From an uncultured Chloroflexia bacterium (GTDB taxonomy: Bacteria > Chloroflexota > Anaerolineae > Anaerolineales > Villigracilaceae), in contig CAWHGD010000002.1 of assembly GCA_963828815.1 (NCBI GenBank), positions 158,125 through 222,124 on the forward strand: a DNA stretch of 64,000 bases, written 5' to 3'. Below, in pieces: positions 24,291-32,505 of the stretch; positions within the stretch are counted from its first letter, which is position 1, and each line of letters opens with the position of its first letter. The translations under genes were made by a program, and so were the position numbers. The notes beneath the pieces were generated by a model that was given only the letters and a program-made list of their open reading frames with translations, was not told the DNA's origin and ran no database searches.

Positions 24291-25189
24291 TTGATCCTCA
24301 TAGAGAAAAGTCTGGAGAACTCCGTGGCTGAAATGATCGCAAAATTCCGTCTCTATTGGTCCCTTACTAAATCTCTACAGACAGGCCTGCTGCTCGCCAC
24401 CGGCCTGGCGGGGTACATGACTGCCCGCTGCCCGGTGATGCACTGGTACGATTTTCTTGGACTGGCCGTGAGCCTGTTCCTGGCGATCGCAGGCAGCACG
24501 ATCATCAATATGTGGTATGACCGCGATATCGATGCTGTCATGAACCGCACTCATCACCGACCGATGGCGGATGGACGCGTTGCCCCTGCCGAAGCCCTGC
24601 GGCTGGGACTGGTTTTTTCGGTGCTGGGTGTCGGGATGGCAATCGCCATGTCCCCCCTCTACGGATTGATCGTTTTTGCCGGGCTGTTCTTTGACGTGGT
24701 GATTTACACGCTGTGGCTCAAGCGGCGAACCTGCTGGAGCATCATCTGGGGAGGGATCGCAGGGGGCATGCCCATCCTGGCCGGGCGCGCCTTTGGCACC
24801 GGTTCCATTGACGGCATCGGCATCCTGCTTGACCCTGGCAGTATTGTTCTGGATCCCCACCCACATCCTGACCTTTTCCATGCGCTACTTCGACGATTAT
24901 CAGGCTGGCAAAGATACCAACCTTCCCATCCACCTATGGTTTTCACGCCACTCGCCTCACGATCGCAATCTCGAGTGTCCTCGCGGCTGCCTGCATCGCA
25001 ACGGCCGGCGTCCTGATCGGAATCGAATGGGGCTTCCTTCGGCTTCTGGCTGTGCTCTCTAGCGGATTGCTTATCCTGGCGGTAGCCAGTATCTTCCGAC
25101 CCTCCGAACGCGTCAACTTCGGGCTGTTCAAATACGCTTCCATGTACATGCTGGGAGCCATGCTCCTGATTTCGTTGAGCGTGTTGTGA
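24291..25189 (+). pseudogene. ctaB: Protohaem IX farnesyltransferase (haem O synthase, CtaB/CyoE-like UbiA prenyltransferase), split by two +1 frameshifts
   Basis: NMWYDRDIDAVMNRTHHRPMADGRV and WGGIAGGMPILAG are CtaB-like. The protein continues in the next frame (LAVLFWIPTHILTFSMRYFDDYQAGK) and then a third frame (IPTFPSTYGFHATRLTIAI...LLISLSVL*, stop at 25187..25189). Frames run 0,1,2, with shifts near 24830 and 24912. The likely start is ATG 24333. Confidence 0.7.
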
Positions 25190-25791
25190 AAATAACCGTC
25201 ATCAACCGACTCATTCTCCTGGTAATGTGCCATGTTGCCGGATACCAGATCATTACCGGCGTTGAGGGATTGGCAACCCTCCCAATGATTGCCTACACCA
25301 TCGGCTTCGGTATCCTGCTCGTTGCCGGATTGCTGATCATCATCCTCGGTTATGATGCGCTGGATAGCCCGGTCGTGGTTATTCTTTCGACGGTCATCCC
25401 GCTCAGCCTATCGCTGGGGCTGGTCTGGGAGCACTTGACCGTATACCGGACACTCTATCTGGTTTTCGTCATCCTCGGGTTCCTGGCAATTGTCATCACC
25501 CGCTCCTTTCCAATGAAGAATAAGCTGCCGGTCATCGTACTGGCATGTGTTCACGGTATCGCCGGGATGACAATCTTCCTGCTTCCCTTCTTCCTGGTTT
25601 TCACCGGCAGTGTTGCCCCCGGTTTCGTCTTGGTTGGCCTGGGCGGAGCGCTGATTGGCCTGGGGGGGTTGTTACTTTCCTTCCTGAAAACCGGTAAACC
25701 CATCCTATCTCGAATTACGATCTTGAAGATCCTGCCAGGGTTGCTTTTAGTTACAACTGCCGCCTTTGTGCTCGGTTTTTCTGCAGCTTGA
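25186..25791 (+). CDS. Polytopic membrane protein of unknown function
   Basis: 201-aa ORF with a GTG start overlapping the ctaB stop (GTGA), about 6 helices and Gly-rich C-terminal helices. Confidence 0.5.
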   Translation: MKITVINRLILLVMCHVAGYQIITGVEGLATLPMIAYTIGFGILLVAGLLIIILGYDALDSPVVVILSTVIPLSLSLGLVWEHLTVYRTLYLVFVILGFLAIVITRSFPMKNKLPVIVLACVHGIAGMTIFLLPFFLVFTGSVAPGFVLVGLGGALIGLGGLLLSFLKTGKPILSRITILKILPGLLLVTTAAFVLGFSAA

Positions 25792-25815
25792 TTTCTTATC
25801 CTGGGAGCAAACTCT

Positions 25816-26262
25816 GTGGAACAAACATCGAAATGGAACCCTGCAACAAAGAAAATCTGGCTGCATCTCACTGCCGGAATCATTTGGTCGGGTGTGGGTA
25901 TCATGCTGGTCGCGTTTGCCACCGGTTGGCTGGGTACGGTCCATTCATGGATAGTCGTTCTACTGATTTTGGCTGGCTCGCTTCTGGCTACCGGGATTTA
26001 TTTCTTTGGCTTTTCAAAACTGGCCTTCAGCAACATCCTACGCATCAACAATATTCCCAGGGAAAGGGTTTGCATATTCGCCTTCCAGAAATGGACTAGC
26101 TACCCCCTGGTCCTGGTGATGATCGCCATGGGGATCTACCTGCGCCGGTTCTCCCCCATCCCCAAGCCTTACCTGGCGATCCTGTACCTCGGGCTGGGCG
26201 CAAGCTTGTTTGTTTCCAGCCTCCAGTACTATTCTCAAGTAGTACGCGCCAACCGTACATGA
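25816..26262 (+). CDS. Small membrane protein of unknown function
   Basis: 148-aa ORF with about 4 helices. No family recognised. Confidence 0.5.
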   Translation: MEQTSKWNPATKKIWLHLTAGIIWSGVGIMLVAFATGWLGTVHSWIVVLLILAGSLLATGIYFFGFSKLAFSNILRINNIPRERVCIFAFQKWTSYPLVLVMIAMGIYLRRFSPIPKPYLAILYLGLGASLFVSSLQYYSQVVRANRT

Positions 26263-26280
26263 GCATCTACTGTCCGCGCG

Positions 26281-27015
26281 TTGCTACTTCGGTTGGACAA
26301 TTTATTCCCGATATTCGATAAGGAGAAGATTATGTCAAGAAATAAGTGGTGGGCCAGGCTTTTGCGTATTGTCGGGATCGTCTTCATGAGTCTGACTGCG
26401 CTCTTTACCTTGCTGGGCGGCGCGGGCACATCCTGCGTGGCCCTCAACCCGACCGGCTTCGGTGCTACGTTTGCTCCGATCGCCAAATTCCAGTGGCTGT
26501 ACATCCTGTTTGTACTCGTCACAGTTGCCATTGGGGTCATGGGAGTCCGGGCAGTTGTCTTGCTGGTTAAGGGCAGGAAGAACGCCTATCGTTACTCACT
26601 GATCGCGCTGCTGGCAGGTGTTGTGGTTGGTGCCATCCACATGGCATTCTCGCGCACTTTGCGTGGTGGATCCTCCATGCCCGTGGATATGGTCGTATAC
26701 ACCACCGTGCTGACCCTGATCATCTTCCTGCTTTTCCGCATCCCCGGTCTCTGGCAGGGTGTTGACTTTGCCAGGCCCGAGGGCGAAAAGAAGACAGGCA
26801 AACAGGCTGCTGCCATCGCCCTGGGCGCTACCGGCCTGCTATCTCTCACCATTCAGTTCCTGATGGCCCCCACCCACACGATCAACGGTATCAATTACGC
26901 GGATGTCTGGCATACAGCGCTGACATTCCTCGGTCTTGCATTGATCCTGGGTGCTGTGGCGACGGCGGTCATTACTGAATTCTCACTGTTACGGCGCAAG
27001 TCGCTGGCCGAATAA
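26281..27015 (+). CDS. Polytopic membrane protein, unassigned family (copy B; paralogue of 18057..18749)
   Basis: The track ORF starts at TTG 26281. ATG 26332 (MSRNKWW...), preceded by AAGGAG, is the likely start (227 aa). It shares LGGAGTSC, WLY, KNAYR, GAIHMAFS and VLTLIIFLLFRIPGL..VDF blocks with copy A. Confidence 0.65.
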   Translation: MLLRLDNLFPIFDKEKIMSRNKWWARLLRIVGIVFMSLTALFTLLGGAGTSCVALNPTGFGATFAPIAKFQWLYILFVLVTVAIGVMGVRAVVLLVKGRKNAYRYSLIALLAGVVVGAIHMAFSRTLRGGSSMPVDMVVYTTVLTLIIFLLFRIPGLWQGVDFARPEGEKKTGKQAAAIALGATGLLSLTIQFLMAPTHTINGINYADVWHTALTFLGLALILGAVATAVITEFSLLRRKSLAE

Positions 27016-27036
27016 CCGTTTTCAGGAATCATTTAT

Positions 27037-27074
27037 ACAAATGCTCCCTGCAAATGCAGGGAGCATTTGTTTTT
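27037..27074. terminator. Strong bidirectional terminator (16-bp perfect stem ACAAATGCTCCCTGCA / TGCAGGGAGCATTTGT + TTTT)
   Basis: The inverted repeat lies at 27037..27052 / 27055..27070, followed by TTTT (27071..27074). It sits between convergent 26281..27015 (+) and 27088..27858 (-). Confidence 0.8.
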
Positions 27075-27087
27075 CACAAATCGAAAT

Positions 27088-27858
27088 CTAATCTGCCAGC
27101 CCGCCGCCATCAACAGGCAGGATCGCTCCTGTAATGAAGGAAGCTGCATCGCTTGCCAGGTACAGGACTGCCGCAGCGATCTCCTCAGGCTGGGCGATCC
27201 GTCCCAACGGGCGGACAGCCAATTCCTTCAAAAAAGACTCTTCCGATTCTCCCAGCTGACTGGCTTCTGAGCGCAGCATGGAGGTGTCGGTATCTCCAGG
27301 GGCAATGCAATTGACGCGGATGTTCATTACCCCGAAATCCACTGCCATCGCCCGGGTCAGGTTCACCACGGCCCCCTTGGAGGCACAGTAGACCGCCGCC
27401 CTGCTCCCGCCGGTGAGCCCCCAGCCGGAGGCGTTGTTGATCACGGCTCCTGCGCCCGCTTTTTCCATGAACGGGATGGCAAACTTGCACATCAGGAACA
27501 CGGACCTGACATTGACCTCCATCACGTGATCCCAATCCTGTTCGCTTAACTCGGTCACCGTGGCGCGCTTGATGATCCCGGCGTTGTTGAAAAGAATGTC
27601 AATGCCCCCATACTCTGCCACGGTTTCCTGGACCACGTTGGAACAATCCTTTACCTGGCTCACATCCCCACGAACGAACATGGCTTTCCCGCCTGCCTTC
27701 ACGATCTGGCGCACCACCGATGCCCCCCCTGCTGCATCCAGGTCCACGATGGTCACCTTCACGCCGGCATCTGCCAGCATGATCGCGGTTGCCCGCCCGA
27801 TGCCTCCTGATCCGCCAGTCACGATCGCCACTTTTCCAGCCAGATTATATGGTTTCAT
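27088..27858 (-). CDS. Short-chain dehydrogenase/reductase (FabG/glucose-dehydrogenase-like)
   Basis: 256-aa ORF with TGGSGGIGRA, NNAG and the YCASKGAV catalytic motif. Confidence 0.85.
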   Translation of the reverse strand: MKPYNLAGKVAIVTGGSGGIGRATAIMLADAGVKVTIVDLDAAGGASVVRQIVKAGGKAMFVRGDVSQVKDCSNVVQETVAEYGGIDILFNNAGIIKRATVTELSEQDWDHVMEVNVRSVFLMCKFAIPFMEKAGAGAVINNASGWGLTGGSRAAVYCASKGAVVNLTRAMAVDFGVMNIRVNCIAPGDTDTSMLRSEASQLGESEESFLKELAVRPLGRIAQPEEIAAAVLYLASDAASFITGAILPVDGGGLAD

Positions 27859-27872
27859 ATTGCCTCCTGGTA

Positions 27873-28988
27873 TTATCCTGATACCCGGTACAGGATATAT
27901 TCCCGATATCCGGTGATGATCTCAAAATAACCACTCAACATTTCATCCACGAGGGGATCGCCTGTATCCACCCAGAGAGGCCGGCCTTGCAGGGCCTGGA
28001 TCTTCCCCGGTGTGCTGACCACGCGGATCTGGTCCCGTCCCACCCTGCGGATCACCTCCGGGCTGATGGGTTGGTTGCCCCGTCCGAAGAGGCACCCCTG
28101 CCCGCCAATGGGTGTGACGATGATCTCCGCCCGGCAGCCTCCTGAAAGGATCTGCAACAGGTCGGCTTCACTGCAATCTGCAGCGACGATCTTCCCGTCC
28201 ATCACGGCATCCACCCCCAGCAGGGTCTTTTGAATCCCCAGCCCTCCGGCAACCGCTTGCGTGGTTGTCCCCGGACCAAAGATGTACAACCAGCCAGGTT
28301 TGATTCTCCCCGCCAATTCCTCTGCCATGGCTGCATGTACGCCAGATTCGGTCATGGGGCTGGCAGCCTTTACACCCTGGATGTACCTCTGCAGGAAGGG
28401 AACCTGCAGGTAGCCGTACAATCCTGCGGAAACACGACCGTCCCGGAAAGCCTGCTCATCCAGGTCCATCACTTCGGCGGGGCGCAATTCCGTTTCACCC
28501 CGCAGGAAGGCGGCTGTCAATTCCCCGGCATTGCGCGGGTTGGTGGCAAACACGGCCGACTGGATTTTTACTCCCGCCGGGATGCCCAGGGCGGGGATTT
28601 CGGACCCGATGGCTTTGCAGAGATCGCGGGCCGTGCCGTCCCCTCCGGCGAAGAGGATCAGGTCCACACCTTGCGTCGCCATCTCGCCTGCCGCCCGGAT
28701 GGTATCTTCTGCGCAGGTGGGACCCGTGGCGACCGATCCAATGACATTTGCCGTCATGCCTGCCTGCAGGGCTGATTGTTCACCCATGCTGCCTGGATAG
28801 GTGCTGAGTTCGAGATCCACGTGTGCCGCCAGGAGCGCCTGCAAAGCCTGCCTGGCGCGTTCCACAGCCATCGGCACGGCTCCCAGGGCAATCGCCTTGC
28901 GCTGGAGTTCCTCGCCATCACTGCCTTTGAGACCCACCCGTCCGCCCAGCCCGGCGATCGGGTTGACGATCAAACCGACCCGTTTCAT
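27873..28988 (-). CDS. ATP-NAD kinase-like protein (COG3199-type)
   Basis: 371-aa ORF with an N-terminal VGLIVNPIAGLGGRVGLKGSDG and the FAGGDGTARD motif. Confidence 0.65.
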   Translation of the reverse strand: MKRVGLIVNPIAGLGGRVGLKGSDGEELQRKAIALGAVPMAVERARQALQALLAAHVDLELSTYPGSMGEQSALQAGMTANVIGSVATGPTCAEDTIRAAGEMATQGVDLILFAGGDGTARDLCKAIGSEIPALGIPAGVKIQSAVFATNPRNAGELTAAFLRGETELRPAEVMDLDEQAFRDGRVSAGLYGYLQVPFLQRYIQGVKAASPMTESGVHAAMAEELAGRIKPGWLYIFGPGTTTQAVAGGLGIQKTLLGVDAVMDGKIVAADCSEADLLQILSGGCRAEIIVTPIGGQGCLFGRGNQPISPEVIRRVGRDQIRVVSTPGKIQALQGRPLWVDTGDPLVDEMLSGYFEIITGYREYILYRVSG

Positions 28989-29047
28989 GCCTGTCAGAAT
29001 CCTCGTTCTGGCCTGTGGTTTGTCCTGCTAATTTCGTGCTGCAATGG

Positions 29048-30631
29048 TCACCTGTCCTTGCCGATCTTGCGCAGGTAAGCCCGCCAGGTGATGGCCCACT
29101 GCTGCGGATCATCGAACGGGCGGTGATCGATCTTGTGAACGGTGCTGTTGTGCGGCGCCGAGCGGACCAGGTCTGGGTCAGAGTACGCTTCCCCCGCCAC
29201 CTGTTCGAGGATGGCTGCATACTCGTCCAGCTCCTCGATCGAATACGACTCGGTCGGTTCCAGGGTACAGGGTTCAGGCACCACGTACGGGTGGTGGCTG
29301 GTCCAGTAATGAACTCCATAATCCGCTGAACGGACACCAAGTTCATCGGAATGGATGCCGGTCTCTTCGTACAATTTCTGCCAGGAGTAGCGCACCTGCT
29401 CCACGCGCCTTCTGCCAGCCGCATACGGCGCACTGACGCCGCGGATTGCCAGCACTTTCTTCATCAGGTAATTGTTATTCAACACCGCCACTTCTGCTGC
29501 CTGGCGCAATCCATCCGCCCCCAGCGCCATCACCCAGGCATACGCCTTCAAAATAACCGGGGCAACCCCGTAAAAGGGACGGATCTTCCCGATGCTGTCT
29601 GGCAGATCATAGTTCAACGAATACATATTCCCGTCATATTCCACAACGGGCACAGGCAGGAAACGGACCAGGTCACGAATCACGCCGGTCGCGCCCACTG
29701 CGGGACCGCCACAGCCATGCGGTGTGGAGAAGGTTTTGTGCAGGTTGAAATGGCACAGGTCGAAACCGGCTTCGCGCGCCCGTGTAATGCCGAGCAGACC
29801 ATTCGCATTCGCCTGGTCATAGGAACACAGTCCTCCAGCCGCATGGACGATCTGCGTGAACTCAGCGATCCTGGGGTTGAAAATACCCGTATCTTCCGGG
29901 TTGGTGATCAACAGTCCGGCAGTCCGTTCGGATACTGCCGCCTTGAGCGCTTCCAGGTCCGGATACCCATCTGCGTCCGGGTACAACGTGATGATTTTGT
30001 ATCCGACCACCCTGGCACAGGCCGCGTCGGAAGGATGGGAAAAGATGGTCGTAATTATTTCGTCCCGCTGTTCCCCCTCGCCCCGTGATTCATGGTAGGC
30101 ACGGATGATGGAAGCGTTGGTATAGATCGCGGCTGATCCCGCTCCCGGTTGGAGCGTGAAGCGATCCATGCCCGAGATCTCCTTCAGGATCTGCTCGAAG
30201 CGGTACATGATCTCGAGGATGCCCTGCACCGTCGACTCGTCCTGCAGCGGGTGCAGTTCGGTCATTTCTGGCATGCGCGCCAGCTGGTCGTTGACCTTCG
30301 GACTGTACTTCATCGTGCAGGTTCCCTGACCAACATCGATATTGAGATCCACACCCAGGTTTTCCTGGGAGAGATGGTCATAATGGCGCAATACCGCCGG
30401 CTGCGCCATCTCCGGAAGTCTGGGCGGATCCTTGCGCCTCATCCCATCCGGAAGATCTGCCAGTACATCTCCCACACTGGATCGGATGCCCTCTTCCACT
30501 TCCGGCACCAGGATGCCGCGCTGACCGGGCTGCCCCAGCTCAAAAATGACCGGTTCATCCCAGCGCGCCTGGTGGAACCGTCTCAGGTTGGGTTTGCCGT
30601 TGGTGAAACGTTCGGAGCGGATGTCCTTCAT
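29048..30631 (-). CDS. gcvPB: Glycine dehydrogenase (decarboxylating) subunit 2
   Basis: 527-aa ORF. It has a PLP-lysine region NLHKTFSTPHGCGGP and a 4-nt overlap with gcvPA. Confidence 0.9.
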   Translation of the reverse strand: MKDIRSERFTNGKPNLRRFHQARWDEPVIFELGQPGQRGILVPEVEEGIRSSVGDVLADLPDGMRRKDPPRLPEMAQPAVLRHYDHLSQENLGVDLNIDVGQGTCTMKYSPKVNDQLARMPEMTELHPLQDESTVQGILEIMYRFEQILKEISGMDRFTLQPGAGSAAIYTNASIIRAYHESRGEGEQRDEIITTIFSHPSDAACARVVGYKIITLYPDADGYPDLEALKAAVSERTAGLLITNPEDTGIFNPRIAEFTQIVHAAGGLCSYDQANANGLLGITRAREAGFDLCHFNLHKTFSTPHGCGGPAVGATGVIRDLVRFLPVPVVEYDGNMYSLNYDLPDSIGKIRPFYGVAPVILKAYAWVMALGADGLRQAAEVAVLNNNYLMKKVLAIRGVSAPYAAGRRRVEQVRYSWQKLYEETGIHSDELGVRSADYGVHYWTSHHPYVVPEPCTLEPTESYSIEELDEYAAILEQVAGEAYSDPDLVRSAPHNSTVHKIDHRPFDDPQQWAITWRAYLRKIGKDR

Positions 30632-32022
30632 GACAACACCTCCTGCAGCGCTGAGACCAGCAGGTCGATATCAGCCTGGGTATGAACTTCGGTCACGCAT
30701 ACCAGCGCGCTTTCCCCCAGCCAGGGAAATTCCCGGCTCAAGTCCTTGCCGCCAAAAATACCTTTACCGAGCAGCGCACTGTTGATTTCAGCCACCTTCT
30801 TACCGGTCTTATTGAAATCGACCACAAATTCCCTGAAGTGCGGGGTGTTGAAAAGTTTGGTGCTCACGCCCCTGATCCTGCCAATTTCCTGCCGGGCATA
30901 CCTGGTGCGGTAAAGGATTCCTTCGCCAATTTCCTGCATGCCCTGCGGACCCATCAGCGCCAGGTAGACACCGGCGGTGATGCCCCACAGCGCCGCGGCG
31001 GTGCCCACCCACTCGATGCCTTCCTCCCGTTTTGCAAAGGAGGTCCGGTCGTAGGCAACGTCTCCGAAGCCGTATTCCCCCGGCAGGCTCGTTGGGGCGA
31101 TGCCAAACAGGCGCGATGGGTATTGCATGACAATCTTTTCCTCATCGTGGGAGGCGATGAATCCCGCCTGCCCGCCCCCGTATTGCATATGCATCCCCAG
31201 CGACTGGATATCTCCGCACACGATATCGGCTCCGTACCGGGCCGGAGGCGCCAGCACACCCAGCGAAATGGGGTCCACGCTGACGACACCCAGCGCCCCA
31301 ACCTGGTGAGCCTTGCTGGTTATCTCCTGCCCGCAGACTTCCAGCGACCCGAGGCAGGATGGGTTCTCAAAATAAACTGCGGCAATATTGGAAGATAAGA
31401 GGGAATCAAGCTGTTTCAGGTCCATCCCACCAGTCCTACCATCATGTTTGACGAAACCTATCTCGATCTCAGGTTTCAGGTAATCGCGCAGGCGGGAGAG
31501 TTTATCCTGGTTGATGATCTCAGGAACCAGCACCCGCTTACGCCCGGTGATGCGGCATGCCATGCGCAATGCTGTGGCGGAAGCCTGAAAGCCGTCATAA
31601 TTGGGCACATTGACCACATCCATCTCCAGCAATTCGCCCATCATGGAACAATACTCGAACAGCGCCTGGAAGCGTCCGTGGTCATCATACGGTTCGCCGG
31701 CATAAGCGGTCAGGAATTCGCCCCGTTGATTGACCTCGTCACAGATGGCGGGTACATGGTGCTGGAAACATCCAGCGCCGAGGAAATTCAGGTTTTGTTG
31801 CGCGGTGGTGTTCTTGTGCAGCAGGCCTTCCACGTGCCGGCGCAGGGCAGCTTCCGAGAGGAATGGTGCCGGTAAATTCATCTGTCCCTTGATCCGCAAG
31901 GCGGGGGGCACATCGGCATAGAACTCTTCCACGTTTCCCGCACCCACCTCCTGCAGCATGCGCGCTTTCACCCCCGGGGACGAATTTGGAATATAGGGAT
32001 GCACGGTGTTCTTTTGGGTCAT
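30628..32022 (-). CDS. gcvPA: Glycine dehydrogenase (decarboxylating) subunit 1
   Basis: 464-aa ORF with typical P-protein alpha-subunit sequence (HPYIPNS, FLGAGCFQHHVPA, EPYDDHGRFQALFEY). Confidence 0.9.
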   Translation of the reverse strand: MTQKNTVHPYIPNSSPGVKARMLQEVGAGNVEEFYADVPPALRIKGQMNLPAPFLSEAALRRHVEGLLHKNTTAQQNLNFLGAGCFQHHVPAICDEVNQRGEFLTAYAGEPYDDHGRFQALFEYCSMMGELLEMDVVNVPNYDGFQASATALRMACRITGRKRVLVPEIINQDKLSRLRDYLKPEIEIGFVKHDGRTGGMDLKQLDSLLSSNIAAVYFENPSCLGSLEVCGQEITSKAHQVGALGVVSVDPISLGVLAPPARYGADIVCGDIQSLGMHMQYGGGQAGFIASHDEEKIVMQYPSRLFGIAPTSLPGEYGFGDVAYDRTSFAKREEGIEWVGTAAALWGITAGVYLALMGPQGMQEIGEGILYRTRYARQEIGRIRGVSTKLFNTPHFREFVVDFNKTGKKVAEINSALLGKGIFGGKDLSREFPWLGESALVCVTEVHTQADIDLLVSALQEVLS

Positions 32023-32025
32023 TTG

Positions 32026-32358
32026 TCACTCCTGGAAAAAGTCATCGAATTTTCTCAGCAGCCTCACCAGCCGGTCGGCATTTTCATCGCCATCAAATTC
32101 CCGGGCAGCCTGCACCCCCACCATGCTTTCACCGGGAAAACTTCCCCTTTCATCCAGGATCTGGCGCACCCGGGGTTTGAATTGCAGCCATTGGGAAAAT
32201 GCCATCGTATCCATCGCAAAGACTGCTTTGAATTCATACGCCTGAACAGGCAAGTGTTCCGTGCTCCAGTGACCGATGCACTTCATCTCGGATTCGATCC
32301 CGGTGATGCTTTCTGCGATCCGGTCGAATTGATCACTGGTTGGATCTTTGTCTGCCAT
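32026..32358 (-). CDS. YqcC-like (DUF446) protein
   Basis: 110-aa ORF. FAMDTMAFSQWLQFKPRVRQ matches the FxMDTMxxxxWLQxxxxPR core of E. coli YqcC as I recall it. It ends 3 nt before the gcvPA start. Confidence 0.6.
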   Translation of the reverse strand: MADKDPTSDQFDRIAESITGIESEMKCIGHWSTEHLPVQAYEFKAVFAMDTMAFSQWLQFKPRVRQILDERGSFPGESMVGVQAAREFDGDENADRLVRLLRKFDDFFQE

Positions 32359-32436
32359 GTTCCAAATCCATGGAAAATTGCACGCAAACGGATCAACTGA
32401 CAGGCAGGTAAATAGATCTTTCCTGGATATATAACG

Positions 32437-32460
32437 GGGGTCTGCTCTCGAGCAGACCCC
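32437..32460 (-). terminator. Stem-loop GGGGTCTGCTC / GAGCAGACCCC downstream of 32506..33522
   Basis: An 11-bp perfect inverted repeat 46 nt after the stop. Only a moderately U-rich tail follows on the minus strand (CGUUAUAUAU). Confidence 0.45.
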
Positions 32461-32505
32461 AATACTTTCTAATTTCCCTTGATTGATCCTCTGCTCTGGA
32501 ATAGG

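Noticed and set aside
32359-32436. A possible glycine riboswitch upstream of the gcv operon.
   Set aside because: The 77-nt region lacks the conserved aptamer features (no GGAGAG...CACCG / ACCGAAGGGGCAA-like elements) and is far shorter than even a single glycine aptamer plus expression platform.
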